Assembly (NCBI GenBank): GCA_041389145.1
Contig: JAWKSK010000002.1
Span: 3,311-67,310 of the forward strand
Reading direction: 5' to 3'
DNA from: Patescibacteria group bacterium
GTDB lineage: Bacteria > Patescibacteriota > Kazan-3B-28
DNA: 64,000 nt
Part shown: positions 11,001-21,414 of the stretch, piece after piece
Layout of the letters: every line of letters begins with the position of its first letter
Numbering within the stretch: the stretch's first letter is position 1
Made by a program: the position numbers and the translations under genes
Notes under the pieces: generated by a model
The model's database searches: none
The model's input: only the letters and a program-made list of their open reading frames with translations
Told to the model about the DNA's origin: nothing

Positions 11001-11022
11001 ATAATACACTGGGTAAGTAAAT

Positions 11023-11778
11023 ATGGGGGAACCCGGTATGACAAGAAATCGATCAACACTAGTACTATTGGGATTATTGGTAACGGTTGGGTTAACTGCT
11101 GCAGCATGCGGACGGGGACCTGGTCTTGCCAATGACAATCAAGATAATCAACAACAGGATACAGGCTCAACCACTCAAACTCCGGATGGAGTTGATTTGA
11201 GCCTTCCTGATTTAGGAACCGGAAATAGTAATGTTGGTACACCTCCGCAAAGCGGGTTGGGATTACCAGACTCAGTAGCAAGTCAGCCAATACTAGATGC
11301 TGAAGTGCAAAGAGCAACCGCAGCAGTTGCCGAACTGGAAGAAGATGTTGTATTGAAGTTGGTGTCGATGAAGTACATCAATTCATACTCTGATCAAACA
11401 GGGCTATCTACCAACTACTATATATTTGCATCACCTTCTAATCCGCAGTATTACTACTTGGTAAATGTGCCACGTAATGGGGATAGGTTGAAGAGGTTTA
11501 TCATGCCGGTAGACGACTTGGAATTGCAGTTTGATTTATTAGACATGCCGTTCCAATTCTGGAAGCTGTCATATATTGATGCAATCAAGGCAGCTGAAGG
11601 AGTGGGAGCCAAAGAATTTACCACTCAACACTCTAAATTTGATTTGTCTTTAATCTTGGCACAGCCCGCTGGTCAGTATCTGAATTGGTTTTTGACCTAT
11701 AGAGCAACTGACGGTTCTGGTGCAGTGCTGAAGATTGCGGTGGATAGTTACGGTGGTACTGCAAGTATCGTAAGGTAG
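11023..11778 (+). CDS. Hypothetical lipoprotein
   Basis: Signal peptide with lipobox LTAAAC, Gln/Asp-rich linker, no recognisable family; inserted between dnaK and dnaJ. Confidence 0.5.
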   Translation: MGEPGMTRNRSTLVLLGLLVTVGLTAAACGRGPGLANDNQDNQQQDTGSTTQTPDGVDLSLPDLGTGNSNVGTPPQSGLGLPDSVASQPILDAEVQRATAAVAELEEDVVLKLVSMKYINSYSDQTGLSTNYYIFASPSNPQYYYLVNVPRNGDRLKRFIMPVDDLELQFDLLDMPFQFWKLSYIDAIKAAEGVGAKEFTTQHSKFDLSLILAQPAGQYLNWFLTYRATDGSGAVLKIAVDSYGGTASIVR

Positions 11779-11834
11779 CAGGTATGAACTGCTTAGAATA
11801 ATGATGCTGAATTAGATTCAGTTGAGAATTAAAT

Positions 11835-12902
11835 ATGGCAAAGGACTACTATCAAATACTTGGCGTTGATAAAAACGCATCAGAAGAAGAAATAAAAAAG
11901 GCTTATAGAAAGCTGGCTTTAAAATATCATCCGGATAAGGGTGGTGGAGCAGATGCGGAAGCAAAGTTTAAAGAAGCTAGTGAAGCATATGCAGTACTTT
12001 CTGATAAACAAAAGCGAAGCCAGTATGACCAATTTGGTAGTAGTGCTTTCAATGGAGCTGGTGGATTTAATGGTGGTGGATTTGATTTTAACTCGGCAGA
12101 CTTTTCTGGATTTGAAGATATTTTTGAAAGCTTCTTTGGCGGTGGGTTTGGTGGCAGAACTGCACCACGTCGGGATGTAACAAAAGGCAAGGATATAGAA
12201 GTGGTAATGGAGATTGCCTTTGAGGAAGCGGCAAGTGGAGTAGAGAAAGAGATTCAGATTAATTCAGAGGCAAAGTGTGAGGTATGTGAAGGAACTGGAT
12301 CAACTAATAGACAGGTGAAAAAATGTACCAAGTGTGGTGGTGGTGGTCAGGTTACAGTAACGCGTAACACGATGTTTGGAGCAATTAGGCAAACTGCAAC
12401 CTGTGATGAATGTATGGGTGGAGGTGAAGTACCAGAACAGGTTTGTCGTAATTGTAGGGGCCAGGGAAGAGTACAGGCTCCACATAAAGTTAATGTGAAA
12501 ATACCGGCTGGTATTGATAATGGGCAGACTATTAGAATTCCTGGTCAGGGTGGAGCAGGGATAAGAGGCGCCAAGTCAGGGGATTTATATATTGTGGTAA
12601 AAGTAATGCCAAGTCGTGAATTCAGACGACAGGGTGCTAATTTGTATAAGAGTATTGAAGTTCCATATTCTAAGTTGGTGTTGGGTGGAATGGTGATGGT
12701 AAATACACTTCAAGGTGAGGTGAAGTTAAAGATACCTGCAGCTACCCAAGTTGGTGAGAACTTTAGAATTAAGAATCACGGAATGCCAATATTAGAAGGT
12801 AGAGGTAAAGGTGATTTATATGTACAGGTGGGAATTATGATTCCAAGTCGTCTGACTTTGCAACAAAGAAGACTGATTGAAGAACTGGATAACGAGCAGT
12901 AA
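11835..12902 (+). CDS. dnaJ: Chaperone DnaJ
   Basis: J domain with HPD (KYHPDKGGG), G/F-rich region, four CxxCxGxG zinc-finger repeats. Confidence 0.95.
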   Translation: MAKDYYQILGVDKNASEEEIKKAYRKLALKYHPDKGGGADAEAKFKEASEAYAVLSDKQKRSQYDQFGSSAFNGAGGFNGGGFDFNSADFSGFEDIFESFFGGGFGGRTAPRRDVTKGKDIEVVMEIAFEEAASGVEKEIQINSEAKCEVCEGTGSTNRQVKKCTKCGGGGQVTVTRNTMFGAIRQTATCDECMGGGEVPEQVCRNCRGQGRVQAPHKVNVKIPAGIDNGQTIRIPGQGGAGIRGAKSGDLYIVVKVMPSREFRRQGANLYKSIEVPYSKLVLGGMVMVNTLQGEVKLKIPAATQVGENFRIKNHGMPILEGRGKGDLYVQVGIMIPSRLTLQQRRLIEELDNEQ

Positions 12903-12925
12903 AAAGCCACCCGGGGGTGGCTGTA
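12903..12925. terminator. Hairpin between convergent dnaJ and 12936-13169
   Basis: aaaaa gccacccgggggtggc; the A-run on plus gives a U-run for the minus-strand transcript. Confidence 0.45.
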
Positions 12926-12935
12926 GTGAATCCAG

Positions 12936-13169
12936 TTATGACAGAGTTGGAAGCTTACTCGTAAGTTCATGAAGCACTGTAGAGGTGTCCTTATTTATCC
13001 ATTCCCAGTTGGCGGGATTATTGAATGTTTCAAGGACAACCTCTAGATAGTAGCTTCTTACTTCAGGGTTTACCCAACGGGCAAGTTGTCTGAGAGCTGC
13101 GTCCTTTACATTGGGGTCCTCGGTACTGGATTTGATGATGGTGCACAGGCGGTCATGGTCCAAACCCAT
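12936..13169 (-). CDS. Hypothetical small protein
   Basis: 77-aa ORF, no motif recognised. Confidence 0.3.
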   Translation of the reverse strand: MGLDHDRLCTIIKSSTEDPNVKDAALRQLARWVNPEVRSYYLEVVLETFNNPANWEWINKDTSTVLHELTSKLPTLS

Positions 13170-13290
13170 ACCGACTCCTTTGGTTTAAACTGGCTTCATT
13201 AAAGATTTATTGGAAGCGATTGTCAACTTTACTTTTTACTGGTTTGGGGCTACATTTAATGAGGTAATTTAAGACTAACGAAAGTGCATT

Positions 13291-13806
13291 ATGATCCCGA
13301 ATTGGGATGTTGTATTTCTGGCATTTGGGGGCGTAAGTCTTGTATATGGCTTGATGCTCCGCGAACGTATCGTAGTTACATTACTAGGTGCGTATGCAGC
13401 AATGATAGTCGCTGATAGATGGGGCGAAGCTCTTTATAATGTAGTAACGGAACAGGGTAGCCAGATCTTAAATCAAGCATTGATTAACGGAAATGTGTCT
13501 GTGTTTACTGTTCAGTTGGTGCTGTTCTCAATTGTAATGCTGATTATTGCACTAAGAGGTGGAGTATTTATTCATCACGAAGCAATGGGAGCGGGTATCA
13601 TGGCTCATATTGTGCAAATGATTTATGGATTACTGATTGCAGCAATGATTGCTTCTGTAATCCTAGGATTCTTACCTGCAGATCAGCTGCAAGTCATTTA
13701 TGAGAATTCAGAGTTTGCTAAACCACTTGTTGATTATCAGGCATGGTTACTGATAGCTCCTTTGATTCTGATGTTCTTTGCAGGTTGGGGACGGAGGTTT
13801 GATTAG
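13291..13806 (+). CDS. Hypothetical polytopic membrane protein
   Basis: 171 aa, about 5 TM helices; directly upstream of the GT2 gene. Confidence 0.4.
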   Translation: MIPNWDVVFLAFGGVSLVYGLMLRERIVVTLLGAYAAMIVADRWGEALYNVVTEQGSQILNQALINGNVSVFTVQLVLFSIVMLIIALRGGVFIHHEAMGAGIMAHIVQMIYGLLIAAMIASVILGFLPADQLQVIYENSEFAKPLVDYQAWLLIAPLILMFFAGWGRRFD

Positions 13807-13814
13807 AGTTAGTT

Positions 13815-14210
13815 ATGAGAATAAGATCGCTCACAGTAGGTGGGGAAAACGTAGAATGGCTCCAATGGAGTCGTTTTAAACGTAGGGAAAAAAGTGTCAC
13901 CATGTTTGTGGGAATTGCAGTATTATTGCATCTAATCTTTTGGGTAATATGGCATTTTTTCATTGCTCCGTATCCGATCGCATTAACTTTGCCAGTGGTA
14001 TTGGATCTTCCTGAAAATTTGCTCTGGGTCACTGATTACTTGTGGCCATTGGCTAATACTGTTATTCTGGCGTTTAACATTTGGTTGATCTACAGAGTGT
14101 ATAAAAAAGATATATTTGCTAGCTGGTTATTGATTGGAGGAACATTGTTCTTACAATTGGTGGTTTTGTCGGTAACTTTCTATCTAGCTTCATTCATTAG
14201 TCCGTTATAA
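13815..14210 (+). CDS. Hypothetical membrane protein
   Basis: 131 aa, 3-4 TM helices; 3-nt gap to the GT2 gene. Confidence 0.4.
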   Translation: MRIRSLTVGGENVEWLQWSRFKRREKSVTMFVGIAVLLHLIFWVIWHFFIAPYPIALTLPVVLDLPENLLWVTDYLWPLANTVILAFNIWLIYRVYKKDIFASWLLIGGTLFLQLVVLSVTFYLASFISPL

Positions 14211-14212
14211 AG

Positions 14213-15865
14213 ATGTTTAGTCGTTCAGCACAGAGATTTTGGGAAATTTTACCAGGTTTAACTACCTGGTCGATTTTAATATTGCCAGTTATTCTATCGA
14301 TTTTTTTTCCGGAAGGATTGGCATATTTCATTATTGTTTTTGATGTTTACTGGTTAACTAACGCCTTAATATTTGGAGGTCATCTGTGGTCTGGATTTAT
14401 TCATATGAAGCGAGCCATGAAAATAGATTGGCTGGAACGGTTGCATAAGACAGATAACTTGCAGGCTTGGTCTGATGAACTTAAGGCTAAGTTATTAGGT
14501 TTACGGGGTTTTGAAGCACGTAAGGTACATGAGGAATGGGAAGAGGTAGAAGCAATATTGAGACTTCCTGAAACCCAGAAGTCATGGCGGGAAGTGGTGC
14601 ATTCCGTAATTTATGCAATATATAAAGAGAGCTACGAAGTGGTAACTGCTTCGGTGCAGGCATGTTTAGCTACTAATTATCCAAAGGATAGGATAATGCT
14701 GGTATTGGCATTAGAAGAGAGGGCAGGTGAGGAGGCAGTGAAGATGGCGAATCGAATAAAAGAAGAATACGGAGATCAATTCTTTGATGTCTTGATTACT
14801 GTTCATCCAGATGGAATCGTAGGCGAAATTAAAGCCAAGGGAGCTAATGTATATCACGCAGGTCAGGAGTTAAAGAAGTATGTAGATGAGCATCAAATGG
14901 ATTATGAGGATGTGATGGTGTCTTGTTTTGACGCAGATACACTGCCAAGTCGTCAGTACTTTGCCAATCTGACTTATAAATATGTAATTAATCCGGAAAG
15001 AACCTATCGGAGTTATCAGCCAATCCCATTATTTAATAACAACATGTGGGATGTTCCAATGATGAATAGGCTAGTAGCTTTTGGTTCTTCCTATTGGCAG
15101 ATTATTGAGTCTACTCGTCCGTATCGACTTGTTAATTTCTCTTCACAAGCAATGAGTTTGAAGACCTTGGTAGAGATTGATTTTTGGGACAAGAGTGTGG
15201 TATCAGAGGATTCAAAGCAGTATTACCGGGCATATTATCACTATCATGGTAACCACAAAGTTGTTCCAATCTTTGCACCAGTATCAATGGATGCAGTGAT
15301 GGGTAAAAACTATTGGGACACAATGAAGGCCCAGTATATCCAAAAGCGGAGATGGGCATGGGGGATTGAGCATCTTCCATATGTAATGGAGAAGTTCTTC
15401 TCAAAGAGGGGAATCATGACTTTTTATGAAAGAGCTATTCACCCGTATAGAATATATGTAGGACATGTAGCATGGGCTACATCGTCACTGTTGATTGCAT
15501 TGGGTGCATGGATGCCAGTGTGGTTGAATGCGGACTTTAGAAGCTCAATCCTGGCATATCATCTACCAGTTCTTGCCCGTGATTTATTAAGTATTACCTG
15601 GGTAGGTATTGCTCTTCAGGCAATTATTGCAATGCAATTGTTGCCACCAAGACCAGACCATCATGGGATTGGTAAGAATATTGAGATGATTTTGATGTGG
15701 ATTCTAATGCCAATATCTGGAATATTGTTTGGATCATTGGCAGCAATTGATGCTGAAACGAGATTGATGTTTGGAAGATATCTGGGTTTTCATGTAACTG
15801 CAAAAGAGCGTAAAAGTACGATTGATCACCATCGGGTGGATATTACTTCGGTTAAGAACTCTTAA
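14213..15865 (+). CDS. Membrane-embedded family-2 glycosyltransferase (cellulose/chitin/hyaluronan-synthase-like processive GT)
   Basis: DxD motif CFDADTL and Q(R/Q)xRW motif QKRRWAWG, flanked by multiple TM helices. Confidence 0.75.
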   Translation: MFSRSAQRFWEILPGLTTWSILILPVILSIFFPEGLAYFIIVFDVYWLTNALIFGGHLWSGFIHMKRAMKIDWLERLHKTDNLQAWSDELKAKLLGLRGFEARKVHEEWEEVEAILRLPETQKSWREVVHSVIYAIYKESYEVVTASVQACLATNYPKDRIMLVLALEERAGEEAVKMANRIKEEYGDQFFDVLITVHPDGIVGEIKAKGANVYHAGQELKKYVDEHQMDYEDVMVSCFDADTLPSRQYFANLTYKYVINPERTYRSYQPIPLFNNNMWDVPMMNRLVAFGSSYWQIIESTRPYRLVNFSSQAMSLKTLVEIDFWDKSVVSEDSKQYYRAYYHYHGNHKVVPIFAPVSMDAVMGKNYWDTMKAQYIQKRRWAWGIEHLPYVMEKFFSKRGIMTFYERAIHPYRIYVGHVAWATSSLLIALGAWMPVWLNADFRSSILAYHLPVLARDLLSITWVGIALQAIIAMQLLPPRPDHHGIGKNIEMILMWILMPISGILFGSLAAIDAETRLMFGRYLGFHVTAKERKSTIDHHRVDITSVKNS

Positions 15866-16493
15866 TCGTTTTCTCGATAAAGAAGTGTGATTTTGAATTG
15901 GCTAGTTTAAGTAGTTCTAAGTTGGCTGGTAAAACTTCTTTTGGGCTGTAATCACTAAGGTTTCCCCAGAAGGAATTTTTTAGTTTGCCAGTTGGGTGAT
16001 GCCCAACGAAAACGTGGGCTAACATTTGGCTAACTAATTCGTCCTGTTCGTAAACGGTAATGTAGGAATCACCGATGTGATTTAAATCGGCTTTAATGCC
16101 GGTTTTTTCTTTTAGTTCTCGATTGGCAGCTGTAAGGATGGATTCACCTAAATGAATTTTACCGTACGGAAAACCTATTAAATCGATAAAGGGTTGTTTT
16201 TGGCGTTGGTATAAGAGCTGTTGCCCGTCTTCGTTAAAAACGATGATAAGGGTAACGATTTTAGGTTGGATTCTGGGTTGAAAACTTTTAAGGCTTAATT
16301 TATCAGCGAATGCCTTGCCGGTAGGGGTGAGGTGGTAGTGGTCATTGGTTTTGGTAACTAAGTTTTTTGAAATTAGTTTTTTGAGGTAATACATAAAATG
16401 ATTACCTTCTACAGTAAGGGGTTTGATGTCCCTGTATCTGGCTTTGTTTTTGTGGACGAGAATACTTAAGATGTGGTTTTCGATTTTGTGCAT
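15852..16493 (-). CDS. Nudix hydrolase with N-terminal winged-helix domain (NrtR-like architecture, reversed domain order)
   Basis: Nudix box GKIHLGESILTAANRELKEKTGI. N-terminal 65 aa look like a winged helix (ILSILVHKNKARYRDIKPLT...YYLKKLISKNLV). Confidence 0.7.
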   Translation of the reverse strand: MHKIENHILSILVHKNKARYRDIKPLTVEGNHFMYYLKKLISKNLVTKTNDHYHLTPTGKAFADKLSLKSFQPRIQPKIVTLIIVFNEDGQQLLYQRQKQPFIDLIGFPYGKIHLGESILTAANRELKEKTGIKADLNHIGDSYITVYEQDELVSQMLAHVFVGHHPTGKLKNSFWGNLSDYSPKEVLPANLELLKLANSKSHFFIEKTIKSS

Positions 16494-16681
16494 GTGAATA
16501 TTATATATGAATTTGACTCAAAATGTTTTGACTAGAGAGTAAGTTTTATCGTAGATATTATTAGGTTGGTTTTGAACCTTACATTGTGGCGAGGATGACA
16601 TGGATAAGCAGAAGCTTGTCGGAATAGGTGGTCCAATTCCTGCCGAACTATTATCTGAACTTCACAAGTTAGAGGAGGAGT

Positions 16682-17806
16682 ATGAAGACGAACGTGGAGA
16701 GGGAGAACAGGTGGATGGTTCTCGAATGGGATCAGCAAACTGTGTTGGGCTCATGTGAACCGGTCACTATCGTACAAGGCTTTCTTCCTGGGCATGAATA
16801 TGTTCGGGTTCGTCTTGTCTTTGACGTGAATAACAAATTCGTGAAGGCATCTCTGGACCGAAAGTCTGGATGGGGTCATGATCGCAAGGAGGCTACTTGT
16901 CCCTTGGGGGAACAGGAGGCGTCTGTATTACTACGGAGCTGCGGTCATCGTGTGATCAACAAGCTACGTTACACACTTAACCAAGACAATGGTGTAGAAG
17001 AGAGCTTGGACATCTACGATGGTGTGCTGGTTCCCTTTGGCCTGGTCAAGTTTGAACGAGAAGGTAGTCTTGATGAAAGTCTTCCTCTCGGGATACACGA
17101 TGCAGTCAAGGTTACCAACACCGTTTCAGACCAACAGCTGGCTGAGCTCTGTGAAGAGATTCAGCTTGGGATGTGGGAAGGAGTTGGTCCTGAAGTTCTT
17201 ATGGAGCAAATCCTGGATCCGATCAGGACAACAGTGATAACCGGTCCACCTGGATCGGGAAAAACTTCGGTGCTCAAGGTGCTAAAGACAGCAATGGGGC
17301 ATCAGATTCATTTCCTGGATGAGGTTGCCAGAATGGTGATCACTGGCTGTAACTGTCCTGTCCCGATTGATTTTCCAAGCGAGATGAAACGATTTGAGCG
17401 GTTGGTGATGTCAACTCAACAAACGGTTCACAAGTTTGGCTTGCAGAGGGCGAGGCTGGCTGGGAAAAAGATTCTGGTTTCTGACCGGTTTCTGGACCCT
17501 GTGGCATATCTAGGACCAGGTCTGAATCGTGGGCAGAAAGAGACCATCTTACGGGTGAATATTGGGTATGAACTGTCCAAGATTTACCAGGTTATTGTTC
17601 TGTTGCTGCCAGACAGAGAGACCTATGAGAGATATCAGTCTCAGGATGATGCACGGTCTGAGTCTTATGATGAGGCTCTATTGATCCAGGAATGGATTCT
17701 GGATGTCTACTCATCCCATCCCAATCTACTGACTGTCAATCCGGTCGCTGAAGGTCAACTTGATGCCAAGTTTGATCTCGTACGCAGGGCTATTGTTGGA
17801 GAGTAG
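16682..17806 (+). CDS. CYTH-like (triphosphate tunnel) domain fused to an AAA_28/NadR-type P-loop kinase domain
   Basis: Strong RBS gaggaggagtATG. N-terminus shows the CYTH pattern (VERENRW..., YVRVRL, INKLRY, LVKFERE). C-terminus has Walker A GPPGSGKTS plus DRFLDPVAY and YQVIVLLLPD signatures of NadR ribosylnicotinamide-kinase-like AAA_28. Higher G+C than flanks. Confidence 0.6.
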   Translation: MKTNVERENRWMVLEWDQQTVLGSCEPVTIVQGFLPGHEYVRVRLVFDVNNKFVKASLDRKSGWGHDRKEATCPLGEQEASVLLRSCGHRVINKLRYTLNQDNGVEESLDIYDGVLVPFGLVKFEREGSLDESLPLGIHDAVKVTNTVSDQQLAELCEEIQLGMWEGVGPEVLMEQILDPIRTTVITGPPGSGKTSVLKVLKTAMGHQIHFLDEVARMVITGCNCPVPIDFPSEMKRFERLVMSTQQTVHKFGLQRARLAGKKILVSDRFLDPVAYLGPGLNRGQKETILRVNIGYELSKIYQVIVLLLPDRETYERYQSQDDARSESYDEALLIQEWILDVYSSHPNLLTVNPVAEGQLDAKFDLVRRAIVGE

Positions 17807-17821
17807 AAAATGGTCATAATT

Positions 17822-17849
17822 ACCGCCCCCTCGGGGGCGGCTTTTTTTA
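17822..17849 (+). terminator. Rho-independent terminator
   Basis: ccgccccc tc gggggcgg followed by cttttttta. Confidence 0.7.
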
Positions 17850-17863
17850 TCTGAAAATAGGTG

Positions 17864-17892
17864 TTGACATAGGATGTAGGGGTCTGTATTCT
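17864..17892 (+). promoter_or_regulatory. Probable rRNA promoter
   Basis: TTGACA-17 nt-TATTCT about 240 nt upstream of the mature 16S 5' end. Confidence 0.55.
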
Positions 17893-18129
17893 AGTACTTG
17901 CAAAATTAATCTTTTAAAACGAGGTGAATTTGGAGCGAAAGCTTCATAGACGGGTGCAAAATATTGCAGCTGTTTTTACATCATTCTAGCGATTGATTTT
18001 ACGCCCTTTTCCAATCAGTAAGTACTTAGATATCCTTTAGAGTTAATTATTTTTGGGCTTACTTATTAAGTAAGCTAACAGTTGGAATCATCCGGACGCC
18101 TATTTATAGGTGTCACGGTTTCAACTTTT

Positions 18130-19594
<1,465 letters not shown>

Positions 19595-19744
19595 AGGGAG
19601 AAAGATTGATAGTAGGTAACCTTGACCTTGTGTCGGTTATACAACTATCTATCTCTAGATGTAGTCGATGCGCTTTGTAAACGGCTTGTGAACAAAGCGT
19701 AGGGGATATCTAAGTACTTATTGGTTAGAAGAGGATATACGATT

Positions 19745-19776
19745 AACGGCTCACGAAAGTGAGCCGTTAATTTATG
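19745..19776. terminator. Stem-loop downstream of 16S and downstream of the convergent minus ORF 19791-20201
   Basis: aacggctcac gaaa gtgagccgtt followed by aatttat. Confidence 0.4.
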
Positions 19777-19790
19777 TACTAATTGGTGGT

Positions 19791-20201
19791 TTAGCGCCAG
19801 TAGCCGATAATGGCTGCCATGGCGATGAGGGAAACCAACCAGTATCCTGCGTTTATGAACCAATATGTCCAAGGTTTTTGTTCCCAAGTGACTGCACCCA
19901 TGGTGATAGGCACAAAGAAGCCTAACCATGCCCAGAATGCGGTTGAGATGGCGCTCTGGACAGTGATTTCAATCCCGAAGCCTTGGGCTGCGAGATAAAT
20001 GAAGTGGGAGAGGATGTAGGCCATTAGGAAGCCTGTGATGATCATAAGAACCCAGCTGATAACTGGTGTGTTCTTCATATTCACATTGGCAATCTTGGAC
20101 CAGTAATCACCAAAAACTTTAGGAGAATACCAAATAGATCCAATGACCATATTAGAAACCACGGCTGCTAGAATTGCTAGATAGTTTACAGGAATATCCA
20201 T
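19791..20201 (-). CDS. Small polytopic membrane protein (DUF1761-like)
   Basis: 136 aa, four TM helices, motif IGSIWYSPKVFGDYW resembles DUF1761 proteins. Confidence 0.45.
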   Translation of the reverse strand: MDIPVNYLAILAAVVSNMVIGSIWYSPKVFGDYWSKIANVNMKNTPVISWVLMIITGFLMAYILSHFIYLAAQGFGIEITVQSAISTAFWAWLGFFVPITMGAVTWEQKPWTYWFINAGYWLVSLIAMAAIIGYWR

Positions 20202-20279
20202 ATTGAGGATGGAGTAAATATTATTGATTACATTATAGGATAAAAACTAAAAAACATCCGTTGTGGATGTTTTTAGCAT

Positions 20280-20356
20280 TGGTGGACCTGCGGGGATTCG
20301 AACCCCGGACCCCCTGCTTGCAAAGCAGGTGCTCTAGCCAACTGAGCTACAGGCCC
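20280..20356 (-). tRNA. tRNA-Ala(TGC)
   Basis: GGGCCTGTAGCTCAGTTGGCTAGAGCACCTGCTTTGCAAGCAGGGGGTCCGGGGTTCGAATCCCCGCAGGTCCACCA with a G3-U70 pair. Confidence 0.9.
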
Positions 20357-20396
20357 AATGTGTTAATAAACGAGCTTTTGCAAGCTCATATGGATT

Positions 20397-20612
20397 TTAT
20401 ATACCTAAGAAGCCTAAGTCAATAAAGTTAAGCATAATTAGGAGCCCAAGAAGGATTCCAATAATGCCAAATAGGAAGTAGGCGTAGTAGGTACTACCCA
20501 GATATCTTTCTGCCCAAGCTATCTGTAATCCGACTACTTCAGTGACTTTCTTGTAGTTGATTGCCAATAAGAGGCCGAGTACAAACAAAACGATCCCAAT
20601 AAAAAATTTCAT
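20397..20612 (-). CDS. Hypothetical small membrane protein
   Basis: 71 aa, two hydrophobic helices. Confidence 0.3.
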   Translation of the reverse strand: MKFFIGIVLFVLGLLLAINYKKVTEVVGLQIAWAERYLGSTYYAYFLFGIIGILLGLLIMLNFIDLGFLGI

Positions 20613-20696
20613 AACTAGATTATATCAGGTTGGAATTGTATTGATAGGTACTGGATTTTTTGCTATTTTAACTGTATTCTAAAACACGTTAGAGAA

Positions 20697-20773
20697 GGGC
20701 ATATAGCTCAGCTGGTTAGAGCGCAGTCCTGATAAGACTGAGGTCCCTGGTTCGAATCCAGGTATGCCCACCA
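20697..20773 (+). tRNA. tRNA-Ile(GAT)
   Basis: GGGCATATAGCTCAGCTGGTTAGAGCGCAGTCCTGATAAGACTGAGGTCCCTGGTTCGAATCCAGGTATGCCCACCA. Confidence 0.9.
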
Positions 20774-20783
20774 CAATCTAAAT

Positions 20784-20815
20784 AAAAAACAGAGCTTCTT
20801 CGCTCTGTTTTTTAA
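20784..20815. terminator. Bidirectional rho-independent terminator
   Basis: aaaaaac agagc ttcttc gctct gttttttaa: A-run and U-run on both sides. Confidence 0.65.
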
Positions 20816-21381
20816 TCCCAATGATCTTCCTCTAGATTTGCAAACTGGAGTTCTTTTCTTTCTAGGACTTGAAGTAGATGGGTTAGGTGAGAAAGGAAAT
20901 CACTAATCACTGAATAGTTGGAATCTTGAGCTGCTAGTTCTTTAATTTCTGCTAGTACCTGTTGAGATTCAAGGATGGCTGCCCGCATTAAGCTACTGGC
21001 TTTGTTTTGACCGGGTACAAGCTGTTTAAGAGTGGGAGAAATTCCGACGTTAAAATAGGCGATACAGTTCATAAGACCTTGGACATCTGATGCATTGATG
21101 GCACCTAAGGCGGCGATGGTGGAGGGATCGATTTTGTTTTGAAGCATGAACTTTAAACCAAATAACTTATGCTGAATTTTTTGAATAAGCTTTTTAACAT
21201 CTGGTATATTTGAAAAAGCTCTGGCTACCCCCAGAGCAACGATAAGTTTTTCAATATCTTGATGCGTGTTAGTCGATGGAGTTGGTTTGGCAAAGATATC
21301 TGCTAAATTACCCATCGGTCTATCGTTGGGGGAATTCGGCTGATTTGTGCTTCTAGAATAAGTTTTTACCATACAGGACAT
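20812..21381 (-). CDS. Hypothetical protein
   Basis: 189 aa, no motif recognised; divergent from recO. Confidence 0.4.
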   Translation of the reverse strand: MSCMVKTYSRSTNQPNSPNDRPMGNLADIFAKPTPSTNTHQDIEKLIVALGVARAFSNIPDVKKLIQKIQHKLFGLKFMLQNKIDPSTIAALGAINASDVQGLMNCIAYFNVGISPTLKQLVPGQNKASSLMRAAILESQQVLAEIKELAAQDSNYSVISDFLSHLTHLLQVLERKELQFANLEEDHWD

Positions 21382-21414
21382 AGTAGCACAAGTTGGTTTA
21401 GGTACAATATAGCT

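Noticed and set aside
10883-11317. 144-aa minus-strand ORF overlapping the dnaK 3' end and the lipoprotein gene
   Set aside because: Antisense to two supported genes with no independent signals.
16532-16758. 68-aa minus-strand ORF 16532-16738 and a 52-aa plus-strand ORF (16600-16758) in or overlapping the Nudix/CYTH intergenic
   Set aside because: Both overlap the promoter/RBS region and the start of the well-supported 16682 gene in other frames, and neither has its own RBS. Considered a possible frameshifted N-terminus of the CYTH gene, but the GAGGAGGA RBS before 16682 argues for the annotated start.
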